A stretch of 64,000 bases of DNA from a virus (IMGVR_UViG_642973512_000001:32001-96000); one strand, 5' to 3'; counted from the first letter of the stretch, positions 49,247 through 58,736 are shown. Notes: generated by a model from the letters alone, not told the origin. A program made the numbers and translations.

Positions 49247-50340
49247 TGAAGATAGCAGTATTTTCAGACTTACATGCTCATAAGTACAAAGAGTTTGACA
49301 AAGTTAGTGACTTGACAGGTTCAACCAGACTTGACAGCTTGCTAGATGTTTTGGATCAGATTAAGGAACACTGTCTGGACATGGGTATTACTCAAATTTT
49401 ATTTGCGGGTGATATGTTCCACGTTCGGGGCAGGGTAGACACAGTGGTGCAGAATCGCATATACGATAAGTTTAAGGAGATTTGTGCATCTGGTATCAAG
49501 GTCTTAGCTATTCCAGGTAACCATGATGACCATAATAACAAAGACCTACCAGAGCATTCTCTTCATATGTTTAAAGATATAGAAGGTATGACTGTAATAG
49601 ATACTCTAGATCACTATATTCTAGATGATGGCACCCCTGTAGTGTGTTGTAGATACAGTAAAAATGCCCAAATGGTCAAGGACTATATTAATAGTATAGA
49701 TCCATCCCAATTTGAAAACCAACCTTTACTACTAGCTCATCTAGGAGTGTCTGGTGGTCTAATAGGAAAGTCCAGTTATGTTATGGCAGATGCGTTTTCT
49801 GTGGAGGATTTAAGACCCGACATCTTTAAGTACATTATTCTAGGACACTTCCACCGCAGACAGTTTCTTGGAGGATACAAACATGTTCTGTATACTGGGG
49901 CACCTTTACAACATTCATTTAGTGATGAAGGGGAGCATAAGGGATTCTACATTGTTGATACAGCCCGCAGATGTCAGATTGACTTCATGCCTTTAGAGAG
50001 TCCAATGTTTCATACAGTGACTAAAGAGATTATTGAAAAATCTGAAGAGTGTACTGGTGATCATGTTCTAGGCAATATTTTGTATACAGGTCTGGAGAGG
50101 GGAGACTTTTTTCGAGTTTTGTTAAAGGAAAACGAGGTTGACTGGTTCAACTCTGTTGTCAGTAAGTATGAGGGTCTTCAGTACAAAATAGTACTTGAGA
50201 AGCAGTATACTCAGGAAACTAGGGTTGATGTGCAGGTGGGTATGCCTTTTGAAGAGATAGTAGCTAAATATGCAGAAGAGTTTAACCCAGATGCTAAAGA
50301 GGTAGGTCTTAAGATACTGAGTGCCGTACAGGACAAATAA
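49246..50340 (+). CDS. sbcD: SbcD/Mre11-like metallophosphoesterase nuclease
   Basis: SDLH, AGDMFH, PGNHD, LAH, LGHFH, YTGAP.QHSF.DEG; TAATG overlap. Confidence 0.9.
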   Translation: MKIAVFSDLHAHKYKEFDKVSDLTGSTRLDSLLDVLDQIKEHCLDMGITQILFAGDMFHVRGRVDTVVQNRIYDKFKEICASGIKVLAIPGNHDDHNNKDLPEHSLHMFKDIEGMTVIDTLDHYILDDGTPVVCCRYSKNAQMVKDYINSIDPSQFENQPLLLAHLGVSGGLIGKSSYVMADAFSVEDLRPDIFKYIILGHFHRRQFLGGYKHVLYTGAPLQHSFSDEGEHKGFYIVDTARRCQIDFMPLESPMFHTVTKEIIEKSEECTGDHVLGNILYTGLERGDFFRVLLKENEVDWFNSVVSKYEGLQYKIVLEKQYTQETRVDVQVGMPFEEIVAKYAEEFNPDAKEVGLKILSAVQDK

Positions 50341-50353
50341 GGGGGTCGGAACG

Positions 50354-50650
50354 GTGTGCCAAGAGTGTGTTAGAACACCTATTAAAATCAAAAGAAAACC
50401 AGTAACGGCTATATCTGAAGCAGGTCTTAAAATGGGTCTATGGTATCCAATGCCAAGACCAGAGGAGGATGAGCCTCCTAGGTGGAAAACTAAGAGTAAT
50501 CAAAGGATTCTCTGGTGTCCTTGGTGTATGGACTGGGCTATTTTTAACAAGACAGCCGGAGGGTTACGATGGAATTGTACGGGTGTATGCGGTTGGGGTA
50601 ACACAGATGAATTCCATACAAAAACTCAAAACAGGCTCTGGGGTGAATAG
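50354..50650 (+). CDS. Cys/Trp-rich hypothetical protein (possible Zn finger)
   Basis: CQEC, CPWC, C...CGWG; GTG after GGGGG. Confidence 0.65.
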   Translation: MCQECVRTPIKIKRKPVTAISEAGLKMGLWYPMPRPEEDEPPRWKTKSNQRILWCPWCMDWAIFNKTAGGLRWNCTGVCGWGNTDEFHTKTQNRLWGE

Positions 50651-50651
50651 G

Positions 50652-50780
50652 ATGTCTGACTTTAAGATAAAAGCAATGGTAGAGCACGGAGGGTCTATAT
50701 GGACTTTAAACCAGTTGTTTCAGAAAGTATCGGGGTATTCTGATCACTATGTAACGGATAAGAGAACAAATAGAAGGTGA
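50652..50780 (+). CDS. Small hypothetical protein (42 aa)
   Basis: GGGGTG RBS; fills the gap exactly (3' part of track ORF 50469). Confidence 0.5.
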   Translation: MSDFKIKAMVEHGGSIWTLNQLFQKVSGYSDHYVTDKRTNRR

Positions 50781-50792
50781 GGAGGATGAAAG

Positions 50793-51011
50793 ATGAGTGA
50801 CAACAGTAATAAGACCATAACTATTTCAGTGGAAGAGTATGACAACAGTATCAAGACTATAACTATTCTCCTAGAGGAGTACCAGCATCTAATAGATCGT
50901 GTATCTTTCCTAGATTGCCTGGAGTCCACTGGGGTGGATAACTGGAGTGGGTATGGAGAAGCCCAAGAAATGTATAACGAGGACTCTGAGGAGGAGACAG
51001 GTGGATATTAG
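50793..51011 (+). CDS. Small acidic protein with a 14-aa internal duplication
   Basis: GAGGAGG RBS; L.CLE..GVDNW.GY motif common in phage small proteins. Confidence 0.75.
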   Translation: MSDNSNKTITISVEEYDNSIKTITILLEEYQHLIDRVSFLDCLESTGVDNWSGYGEAQEMYNEDSEEETGGY

Positions 51012-51309
51012 GCTTAATAATAAATGTCAGATTGATCTAGGTGATATAGTTGAGATACACGGAAAACCTTACCTTATTATCATGTTGAACCCTTCCACAG
51101 TTTTTACAGTAGGAGATCAGGAATACCCACAAAAAAGGTACTATCCTCAGGCTTTTGACGGCAGAGGGACCTATTGTGAGCCAAGGACTCTTAGTGAGTT
51201 AAATGCATATATCTACGATCAGGATAAAAAAGCAAGAGTGTACCCTAAAGAGAAATTCTTTTTACAGCTAGGGGTGAAGGACGTTCATGAAGATGGAAAA
51301 GTACAGTGA
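51001..51309 (+). CDS. Hypothetical protein
   Basis: GTG after GAGGAG; overlaps both neighbours in operon fashion. Confidence 0.6.
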   Translation: MDIRLNNKCQIDLGDIVEIHGKPYLIIMLNPSTVFTVGDQEYPQKRYYPQAFDGRGTYCEPRTLSELNAYIYDQDKKARVYPKEKFFLQLGVKDVHEDGKVQ

Positions 51310-51637
51310 ATGTAAAAGAATGACAGTGCACGCTGTAGGGTTAGATAAAGACTACAATATAGTAAAAACAAGAAATGGAAACTACGGGGAATGTAAGAAC
51401 ATTCCTGGGGCGTGTGGTTGTACTCACGCTGAAATACAGCTTCTTAGCCATATGGCCAATCCAGTCATGGTATGTGTGAGTCATAGTCCTTGTTTGAATT
51501 GTGCTAGGGAGCTTGTTAAGGCAGGGGTGAAGTATGTTCACTATAGTGAACCCTATAGAGTTGCAGATGGGATTGAGTACCTAAAGAGTAGCGGTGTAAC
51601 AGTTCGTCAAGTACCTAAGGAGCGATGGCAGGTATGA
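51287..51637 (+). CDS. dCMP deaminase-like protein
   Basis: HAE and SPCLNC zinc motifs; AG+K.V.Y...YR...G+E.L...GV.V. Confidence 0.85.
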   Translation: MKMEKYSECKRMTVHAVGLDKDYNIVKTRNGNYGECKNIPGACGCTHAEIQLLSHMANPVMVCVSHSPCLNCARELVKAGVKYVHYSEPYRVADGIEYLKSSGVTVRQVPKERWQV

Positions 51638-53547
51638 AAATTAAACAGATAAGCATAGAAAACTTCATGTCTATTAAAAAGACCTCTTTTAACTTTGATA
51701 ATAGAGGTCTTGTACTAATCACTGGGGATAATCAGGACGCTTTTGATAGCAATGGGGCAGGAAAGTCTACAGCTTTCAGTGAAGCCCCCTGCTGGGCTTT
51801 GTATGGACAAACCATAAGAGGATACAAGGCTGACAAGGTGGTCAACAAAAATACAAAAAAGAACACCGTTGTATCTCTGCAAATTGAGGATGATAATGGG
51901 GACCTATATGAGGTTGTCAGGGCACGTAAGCATAGCACTCTTAAGAACCATGTATATTTGTACAAAAATGGAGAGAACATCACAGGTAAAAGTGATACTG
52001 ACACCAATAACATGATCATTGATCTTTTACAAATGGATTTCTCAACCTTTACTAACTCTATTATGTTTGGTCAAGGTGCTTCTAAGATGTTTGCCAACTC
52101 TACAGATACAGAGCAGAAGCAGATACTGGAGAGAATGTTGCAGATAGATATCTTTAAGGCTTGTCAGGAAGAAGCTAAGAACATGGTATTAAACTTGGAA
52201 GAAAAGATCAGAAGAATAGAAAGTGACAAAGAAAGTATTGAAAGCCGTTTGAGGGTACACAAGACCAATTTACAAGAGCTACAAGAGAAAGAAACACAGG
52301 CTATTAAATCTGCTCAGGAAAAGATAGACCAATATACGAAAGATATAGAAGAAAACCAAAGTGAGATTGAAAGTGCAAAAGGTGAGATAGAAGACCTAGA
52401 AAGTGATATCGAGGTTATGCAAAAAGCCATCAAAAAGAATCAAAAAACTCTGGAATTCTATAAAGAACAAGAAGAAGCCTATAACACCCTTGTTGGTGAT
52501 AGGTCAGCTCTTCTTAGGGACTTTAAGAAATTGGAGAAAAAAGTACTTAAAACTAAAAGCGAGCTTGATGATCTTAGAAGTGGAAAAAGTGTGCCTGAGG
52601 TGTGTGATATGTGTGGGCAAGATTTACCCTTAGAAGACACCACTCACATGCAAAATCACCTAACAGACAATATAAAAAATTATACAGAAGAAATCAAGGA
52701 GATCAAGGATGAAATCGCTGAACTCGATCCTCTGATTGAAAAATTAGAGAAACATCTGAAATCTAAGGATAGGTATGAAAAAGATCGTATTAAATATGCT
52801 GAAACTGTAGCCGAATACAAAGGGGATTTAAAACTTGCCAATTCTAAGATTCAGTCTCTGGAGAAAGAAAACAGGAACCTTAATAAGCTTATCAAGGAGC
52901 AGAAGGAGGCACAGGAGGTACAGTACACAGACCTCATAGAAAAAGAGATCGAAAACATTAGGGTAGCAGAAGCAGACATTGAAACGAGGAGTAACAATAT
53001 CACAAGGATGTCTGAAGAACTGGAAAAGTATAGTTTCTGGCATACTGCCTACGGTAACCAAGGTATTAAATCCATCCTGTTAGACAGTGTTACTCCTTTC
53101 CTTAATCGTAGAGCCAATTATTACTTATCTGCCTTGTCTGATTCTACTATGGAAGTAGAATTTAATACTCAAACCACCCTATCAAGTGGAGAGAAGCGAG
53201 ATAAATTCTCTGTAGAGGTAAGAAATGAAAATGGGGAAGACGGATATAAAGGAAGTAGTAATGGGGAGAAAAGACGTATTGATGTGGCTGTTAATATGGC
53301 GTTGCAAGATTTAGTAATGTCTAGATCAAATAAGAAAATTGATCTTATAGTATACGATGAAGTCTTTGAAGGACTGGATCAGATTGGGTGTGAAGCTGTT
53401 ATACAGCTTTTAAACGAGAAAGCCAAACAGTGTGGTACAGTAATGGTAATCACTCACAGTGAATCACTAAAACAACTGTTCAGTAACACCCTAACAGTTA
53501 AAAAGATTAATGGCAACACTGTGATTGTCGACGAATTGTCTATATAG
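51634..53547 (+). CDS. sbcC: SbcC/Rad50-like ATPase
   Basis: IENFMS, NGAGKST, coiled coils with CDMC hook, S.GEKRR signature, YDEVFEGLD, VITH. Confidence 0.92.
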   Translation: MKIKQISIENFMSIKKTSFNFDNRGLVLITGDNQDAFDSNGAGKSTAFSEAPCWALYGQTIRGYKADKVVNKNTKKNTVVSLQIEDDNGDLYEVVRARKHSTLKNHVYLYKNGENITGKSDTDTNNMIIDLLQMDFSTFTNSIMFGQGASKMFANSTDTEQKQILERMLQIDIFKACQEEAKNMVLNLEEKIRRIESDKESIESRLRVHKTNLQELQEKETQAIKSAQEKIDQYTKDIEENQSEIESAKGEIEDLESDIEVMQKAIKKNQKTLEFYKEQEEAYNTLVGDRSALLRDFKKLEKKVLKTKSELDDLRSGKSVPEVCDMCGQDLPLEDTTHMQNHLTDNIKNYTEEIKEIKDEIAELDPLIEKLEKHLKSKDRYEKDRIKYAETVAEYKGDLKLANSKIQSLEKENRNLNKLIKEQKEAQEVQYTDLIEKEIENIRVAEADIETRSNNITRMSEELEKYSFWHTAYGNQGIKSILLDSVTPFLNRRANYYLSALSDSTMEVEFNTQTTLSSGEKRDKFSVEVRNENGEDGYKGSSNGEKRRIDVAVNMALQDLVMSRSNKKIDLIVYDEVFEGLDQIGCEAVIQLLNEKAKQCGTVMVITHSESLKQLFSNTLTVKKINGNTVIVDELSI

Positions 53548-53592
53548 GAGAGAGATTTTGTCCTTCAGCCTTTAATTGGTTGAAGGGCTTTT
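53546..53592 (+). promoter_or_regulatory. Middle-type promoter overlapping a terminator-like hairpin
   Basis: T-AGGAGA at 53546 and TTTAATT at 53571, inside CCTTCAGCC/GGTTGAAGG followed by a T run. Confidence 0.5.
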
Positions 53593-53610
53593 TGGTGAGG
53601 TGAGCATCTT

Positions 53611-54645
53611 ATGATCAAGTTATACTTAGATACGATAATGGGAGAGGGAGTATACCACAATACTAGTAAAGGAGACCAATACAGTTACAAGTGTCGCTTA
53701 TGCAATGACTGGAAAGACAGGTTGTATGTTAGCTTTGATAAACAGGTATACAAGTGCCATAACTGCGAAGCTAAGGGAACTGTAGTAGGTTTGCTCTCTG
53801 ATGTAAACCATATCAGCTACTCTGAAGCCTTAAAGATTTTTCGGGAGTATGAAGGAGAGCGTAGATTACCCGAAGATATTGAGATAGAGGTATACAACAG
53901 GTTAATTGTAGGAACAACTGATGAACTGGAAGTGCCTAAAACTGCATTTGATTTGCCAGAGGAGTTTATCTTACTAGAGGATGCCAAAGGGGAAGCAGGA
54001 CGTAAAGCAGTAAGGTATATTAAAAGTCGGGGTATCTCCCTGAAAACAGCCGAGCAGAATTACCTTGGATACTGTGAGCATGGACAATACAAAAACAGGA
54101 TCATCATGCCAGATTTTGAAAAGGGTGATCTAGTGTATTGGCAAGCCCGTACGTGGCTACCCAAGCCTAAGGACAGAATAAAGAAAAAATTCTATAGAAA
54201 GGTGCTTAACCCAAGCTTGTCAGAAGAGGACAAGGAGAGGGGCTTAAATGTATATCACAAGTCAGAAATCATAAGTAATATAGATAATGTGCTAGATTCA
54301 GGCATGGCTATAATTTGTGAAGGTAAGATGGATTCCCTAAAAATAGGTCCATTAGGTGCTTGTATTCATGGAAAATCCATGAGTGATACTCAATTTATCA
54401 AGCTTGTTAAAAACAAAGATAAAATACACACCATAGTTGTTATGCTGGATGGGGATGCTCTGCAACAAGCTCTAGATATATGTGAACGTTTAAGTAAGCA
54501 TTTCTCTGATGTGTATATAGTAGTATTACCAAAGGATAAAGACCCTGGAGACTTATCCAGGTCTGAGATACTTTCATATATTGAGGGTGCGGAACTTTAC
54601 ACCCCTTACTTTACAGTTAAGGCTAGACTCAGAGGACTCTTATGA
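53611..54645 (+). CDS. DNA primase (Zn finger + TOPRIM)
   Basis: CRLC...CHNC, Y+..RG, RII.P, Y+QAR, ICEG.MD, LDGD, KDPGD. Confidence 0.9.
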   Translation: MIKLYLDTIMGEGVYHNTSKGDQYSYKCRLCNDWKDRLYVSFDKQVYKCHNCEAKGTVVGLLSDVNHISYSEALKIFREYEGERRLPEDIEIEVYNRLIVGTTDELEVPKTAFDLPEEFILLEDAKGEAGRKAVRYIKSRGISLKTAEQNYLGYCEHGQYKNRIIMPDFEKGDLVYWQARTWLPKPKDRIKKKFYRKVLNPSLSEEDKERGLNVYHKSEIISNIDNVLDSGMAIICEGKMDSLKIGPLGACIHGKSMSDTQFIKLVKNKDKIHTIVVMLDGDALQQALDICERLSKHFSDVYIVVLPKDKDPGDLSRSEILSYIEGAELYTPYFTVKARLRGLL

Positions 54646-54705
54646 GAAGATTTTTGTCTCCAGTGTTTAATTTTGTCAGAACCCAAAAACAGGAGGAAAG
54701 AAAGT

Positions 54706-55221
54706 ATGGAAAGTAATAAACCTATGAGATACTATTCAAATGACCCAAAACATGATTTGTCCTATGGAAGTGAAGGGGCGGCAGGAATTGACCTACCTTA
54801 CTATGATGATAAAAAACATGCTAATCTTGATAACCTAAAAGGTATCAAAAAGTGGTTTGCTGAGCGGAAATTTATCTTTCCTTTTAAAAGATACAAACTT
54901 CCAACAGGCATTCATGTAGAAATGGATAAAGGGGAGTATGGAGAGATTGACACTCGTAGTAGTACCTCTAAGAAACTGTGGCTTCCTTTGTGCCGGACTA
55001 TCGATGAGGACTTTAGAGGTAATATTCATGTAGTGTTTATGAGTTTTTACCCATTTCCTAGAATCATCAAGGCAAGAGAATGTCGTTTCCAGATGGTTGT
55101 GAAACCCTATAATAAAAAGAGCTTTGCTAAGGTAAGTTCTAAGGAACAGCTATCAAACACTAATCGAGGAGAAAACGGATTCGGGTCCACAGACAATAAG
55201 GGGGATAAACAAATTGGCTAA
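54706..55221 (+). CDS. dut: Trimeric dUTPase-family nucleotidohydrolase
   Basis: AAGIDL, RSS, IDEDFRG, FQMV, RGENGFGST. ATG after AGGAGG; middle-type promoter at 54642-54672. Confidence 0.88.
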   Translation: MESNKPMRYYSNDPKHDLSYGSEGAAGIDLPYYDDKKHANLDNLKGIKKWFAERKFIFPFKRYKLPTGIHVEMDKGEYGEIDTRSSTSKKLWLPLCRTIDEDFRGNIHVVFMSFYPFPRIIKARECRFQMVVKPYNKKSFAKVSSKEQLSNTNRGENGFGSTDNKGDKQIG

Positions 55222-55546
55222 GAACAAAAAGAACCTAACAGAGGAAGAGCGTAAGGCACAGAAAGAAAAACAGTATCTTAATAAAGTAGTAACCAGAGGA
55301 GAAGTCCTTGATGTTCTTAATGGAGCTTTAAAGCCCCATGCGGAAAATCAAGACAATTTGTGGCAACAACAAAGGTTGTTATATATTCAGTTACAGTGCG
55401 TGGTAGATGTGCTAATTGATAAGGGTATCCTCACAAAAGAAGAGTTAGAAAAGAAAGCCGAAAAGATTATTAAGGAAACCCAAGGCTTGGCGGCTGAGAT
55501 TCTAGGTGAGCAAGAAGGAAACGGAGAAACAGATAAAACTGAATAG
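55214..55546 (+). CDS. Hypothetical protein
   Basis: TTG after GGGGG; L++KG++T.EE motif; terminator follows. Confidence 0.7.
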   Translation: MAKNKKNLTEEERKAQKEKQYLNKVVTRGEVLDVLNGALKPHAENQDNLWQQQRLLYIQLQCVVDVLIDKGILTKEELEKKAEKIIKETQGLAAEILGEQEGNGETDKTE

Positions 55547-55556
55547 GGATTTTAAT

Positions 55557-55595
55557 AAATAGGGCTGAAACTCATTCAGCCCTATTTTTGTTTTT
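55557..55595 (+). terminator. Rho-independent terminator
   Basis: AAATAGGGCTGAA/TTCAGCCCTATTT followed by a T run. Confidence 0.85.
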
Positions 55596-55660
55596 ATGGG
55601 GATTGATATTCTATTAAAATGACATATAACATAAATGACCAAATGCTAGGAGTGAATAAT

Positions 55661-56182
55661 GTGGCTACTAAGAAGAAAATAAATAGTAAGGCTAAAGGTG
55701 CTGAGTATGAGCGTAGAATCGCTAAGTATTTAGGGGCTTGGTGGGGAGAATCCTTTCATAGGACACCTCAGAGTGGAGGTCTTAATTGGGGCACCGATTC
55801 AAGGGTAGCTGGAGACATCACAACTCCAGTAGACTCAAAGTTTCCTTTTACAGTGGAGTGTAAGAAAAGAGAGGGATGGGACTTAGATCAGGTTATTAAA
55901 GGTACTGGTCAGGTGGAAAAGTGGTGGACCCAGTGCATTGGTGATAGCGAACGTGTTGAATTGCGTCCTTTCCTAATTTTTGCGAAGAACTTCAATCCAG
56001 ATTACTGTATGTTGAAGTATGATGACTTCATTTCCCTTGCAAGGAAAAGAAAGGAAAACAACTTCAATTATTTTATTATACACACGGTAGGTGTTCCTTA
56101 CAAGAGGGTTGTGGTATCTCTAGATGACTTTACAAAAGCTTTTACACCTGAAGACGTGCTTGAAGCTCTTGGAGTTGAGTGA
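55661..56182 (+). CDS. Holliday junction resolvase (Hjc-like PD-(D/E)xK)
   Basis: NSKAKGAEYER, R.P.SG, GDI, VECK, WW.Q; GTG after AGGAG. Confidence 0.85.
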   Translation: MATKKKINSKAKGAEYERRIAKYLGAWWGESFHRTPQSGGLNWGTDSRVAGDITTPVDSKFPFTVECKKREGWDLDQVIKGTGQVEKWWTQCIGDSERVELRPFLIFAKNFNPDYCMLKYDDFISLARKRKENNFNYFIIHTVGVPYKRVVVSLDDFTKAFTPEDVLEALGVE

Positions 56183-56186
56183 ACCA

Positions 56187-56244
56187 AAAATAGGCTAGTG
56201 GAAATAGGGGATTGTATCTCCTAAGACCCACTAGCCTATTTTTT
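56187..56244 (+). terminator. Long hairpin terminator
   Basis: AAAATAGGCTAGTGG/CCACTAGCCTATTTT. Confidence 0.75.
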
Positions 56245-56355
56245 GTAGGAACCCCTGTTTGAATTTTTCTGTGGAATGGGGCAAAATGACTTCAACAGAT
56301 GAACAACACCATGGAGCCAAGTGCTCAATAATAAAAAGGAGCTGTTTTGATAATG

Positions 56356-56979
56356 ATGGCATATGAAGTAGAAGGAAAAGTAGTTAGTACTCTTAAGGAA
56401 CTATCTGAAGTATTGGGAGAGAAAGTCACTAAGAAAGATCTAAGTGAGGGTGGTAAGTTCCATGATGTAGTGTCTTTGGTTGATGCTGATGATGAAACAG
56501 AAACAGAAACTGCACCTCAGGAAAGCAAAACTTCTGATGAGGAAAATGACCATGAAGACCAAGAGGTCTACACAGCTTTAACAGAAGAAGATTTTGCCAA
56601 CCTTGAGGAAGTAACTGAAGAGGAGATCAAGGAAGGTCTACCTGAGTTTAAGGAGCTTGATGAGCTAAAGGATTTTATCAAAGACCTTGATACTAACACT
56701 CTGGAGTTCATGGCGGCAGGACTGGGTCTTACTTGGAACCCTACTTATCACAAGAACATTCACCGCATGCGGGTGGCTATGTCGTTACAAAGATACTTCT
56801 TCCCAGAGAAGTTTAAAAAGACACCTAAAGAGACTAAAGCTAAATACGGTGATTACAGTACTGATGAGCTGTTTAAGATGGCTGAGGAAAATGGAATTGA
56901 GGTTAAGCGGAAAGGGAACGAGAAGATTGACCGCCTACAGGTTATCAACAAACTTAAGAAATCCGGTCAATTGCAATAA
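56356..56979 (+). CDS. Acidic protein with two helix-extension-helix (Rho-N/SAP-like) modules
   Basis: LDTNTLEFMAAGLGLTW...NIHRMR and YSTDELFKMAEENGI...IDRLQVI; exact start uncertain (56347-56356). Confidence 0.7.
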   Translation: MAYEVEGKVVSTLKELSEVLGEKVTKKDLSEGGKFHDVVSLVDADDETETETAPQESKTSDEENDHEDQEVYTALTEEDFANLEEVTEEEIKEGLPEFKELDELKDFIKDLDTNTLEFMAAGLGLTWNPTYHKNIHRMRVAMSLQRYFFPEKFKKTPKETKAKYGDYSTDELFKMAEENGIEVKRKGNEKIDRLQVINKLKKSGQLQ

Positions 56980-57098
56980 GGAACATCACCTAGGGGTCCC
57001 TCATAGGGATTCCCATTTTTTATCCATTTTTATGGTACAAGACATACAGAAAAAGAGTCAGTAAGACGAATACCTAGTAATTCTCATGAAGGAAGCAC

Positions 57099-57127
57099 TT
57101 GCCAACCAAGGAAAATTATGTAATAAT
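57099..57127 (+). promoter_or_regulatory. Probable early (host sigma-A) promoter for the gene 28 operon
   Basis: TTGCCA, 17 nt, AATAAT with TG extension; SPO1 gene 28 is an early gene. Confidence 0.55.
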
Positions 57128-57181
57128 TTGTTCAGGGCAAGAGGAACAGCACCCAGTAGAAAGAAGGAGGAGAGGGTCAAT

Positions 57182-57448
57182 ATGAAGATCACAGACAAAG
57201 AAGGTAAGGTAGTATTAGAAGTTATCAAAGAGGTAGGGGTCCTTGACACATCTGCAACACAGGAGCTTAGAGTAAACATTGTAAAAGACGACAAAGGAAG
57301 AGTAAGAGTAGCTATTCAAAAGTTCTGGAGAAAACATAAGGATGAAGAGTGGAAGGTTGGTAAAGGTCTATTTGTAACTGGAAGAGACGCAGTAAATTTA
57401 AGCCCTTTATTGGAACAAGCGGGCAACGAGATTATACACATTAGATAA
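57182..57448 (+). CDS. PC4/YdbC-like single-stranded-DNA-binding protein
   Basis: E+GVL.....E+RV......RV.I.+FW......W..GKG+ pattern; ATG after GGAGGAGAGG. Confidence 0.6.
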   Translation: MKITDKEGKVVLEVIKEVGVLDTSATQELRVNIVKDDKGRVRVAIQKFWRKHKDEEWKVGKGLFVTGRDAVNLSPLLEQAGNEIIHIR

Positions 57449-57513
57449 GACAAGCAACATGGGGGAACTGCGGTTGGAAAGAGACAAAATTAAAGCCGGA
57501 GGAGAAAAAGAAA

Positions 57514-58191
57514 ATGGTAGAAAATGTAACGTATTCAGAGGATGGTCAATTACTGAAACTGAAATGGGAAGATGTGTACGAACAATTTAAAAATCTCATC
57601 ACATTTGCGGCTAGACAGCAGATGGAGAACAATGGAGCAGACACCATGATGTCTAGGCAGGACCTAGAGCAGGAGGGTCTACTAAAACTGTATGACTGCT
57701 GGGAAAAATGGTGCTTCAAAGAGAATAAAGACATGGATGAGTTCGGTCCCATCTTCCGTAAATCCCTATTTAGAAAAGTAAAACAAAGTGGGGGAACTGG
57801 TAGAGCACTTGGCTTTGTGGCTATTGATGATGAGGACAACCCCTTAGAGAACATGCTCAAAGACGAAAACACAGTGGATGTTGTAGAGAAAATACACTTT
57901 TCAGAGGGTCTAGAAAAGCTCAAAGAGACATTAGAAAGTGATATCGCAAAATCACTGCTAGAGGAACTTATCAATCCTAGTGACCAGACCATTTATAACG
58001 TGTTGATTGATATTGAGCGTAAAAAGATGCTTAAGTCACAGGGTCATAGGGTTAATGTGCCAAAAGATACAACAGTACGCATGAAGCATATTGTCCAAAC
58101 ACTAGGCATATCCAACAAGCAATATGACTCAGCTATTGAAGAAATTCGTGAAGCGGCTCACTATCTACACTATCTAGGAGTACTAGGATAA
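57514..58191 (+). CDS. gp28: Phage RNA polymerase sigma factor for middle genes (SPO1 gp28)
   Basis: Region-2 motif QDLEQEGLLKLYDCW; sequence recognised from memory as SPO1 gp28; matching promoters occur in the window. Confidence 0.9.
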   Translation: MVENVTYSEDGQLLKLKWEDVYEQFKNLITFAARQQMENNGADTMMSRQDLEQEGLLKLYDCWEKWCFKENKDMDEFGPIFRKSLFRKVKQSGGTGRALGFVAIDDEDNPLENMLKDENTVDVVEKIHFSEGLEKLKETLESDIAKSLLEELINPSDQTIYNVLIDIERKKMLKSQGHRVNVPKDTTVRMKHIVQTLGISNKQYDSAIEEIREAAHYLHYLGVLG

Positions 58192-58195
58192 GTAC

Positions 58196-58226
58196 AGGAG
58201 AAAAAACATAAACAGAGAATTTGTTT
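58196..58226 (+). promoter_or_regulatory. Middle promoter for gene 27
   Basis: AGGAGA, 18 nt, TTTGTTT; same architecture as 376-406. Confidence 0.7.
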
Positions 58227-58260
58227 TATTTGAGAGAATTAGGAAAAGGGGAGAGTACAA

Positions 58261-58728
58261 TTGTCAATCACAGCCATGGATGCCAAGTTACAAAGAATCT
58301 TAGAGGAGAGTACCTGCTTTGGTATTGGTCATGATCCAAATGTAAAGGAATGCAAAATGTGTGATGTTAGAGAACAGTGTAAAGCAAAAACACAAGGCAT
58401 GAATGTTCCTACACCAACTCGTAAAAAACCAGAAGATGTTGCTCCGGCTAAAGAGAAACCTACAACTAAGAAAACAACCGCTAAGAAGTCTACAGCTAAA
58501 GAGGAGAAAAAGGAAACAGCTCCTAAGGCTAAAGAGACAAAAGCCAAGCCTAAGTCTAAGCCTAAAAAAGCTAAAGCTCCAGAAAATCCTAATCTTCCTA
58601 ACTTCAAGGAAATGAGTTTTGAAGAGTTAGTAGAACTTGCAAAAGAGCGTAATGTGGAATGGAAAGACTACAACAGTCCTAATATCACACGTATGAGACT
58701 GATTATGGCATTAAAAGCTTCATATTAA
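58261..58728 (+). CDS. gp27: SPO1 gp27-like protein (needed for DNA replication and late expression)
   Basis: CFG..H.....EC..C.....C, Lys/Ala/Pro-rich linker, 155 aa, directly after gene 28; recognised from memory. Confidence 0.85.
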   Translation: MSITAMDAKLQRILEESTCFGIGHDPNVKECKMCDVREQCKAKTQGMNVPTPTRKKPEDVAPAKEKPTTKKTTAKKSTAKEEKKETAPKAKETKAKPKSKPKKAKAPENPNLPNFKEMSFEELVELAKERNVEWKDYNSPNITRMRLIMALKASY

Positions 58729-58736
58729 CATAAAGA

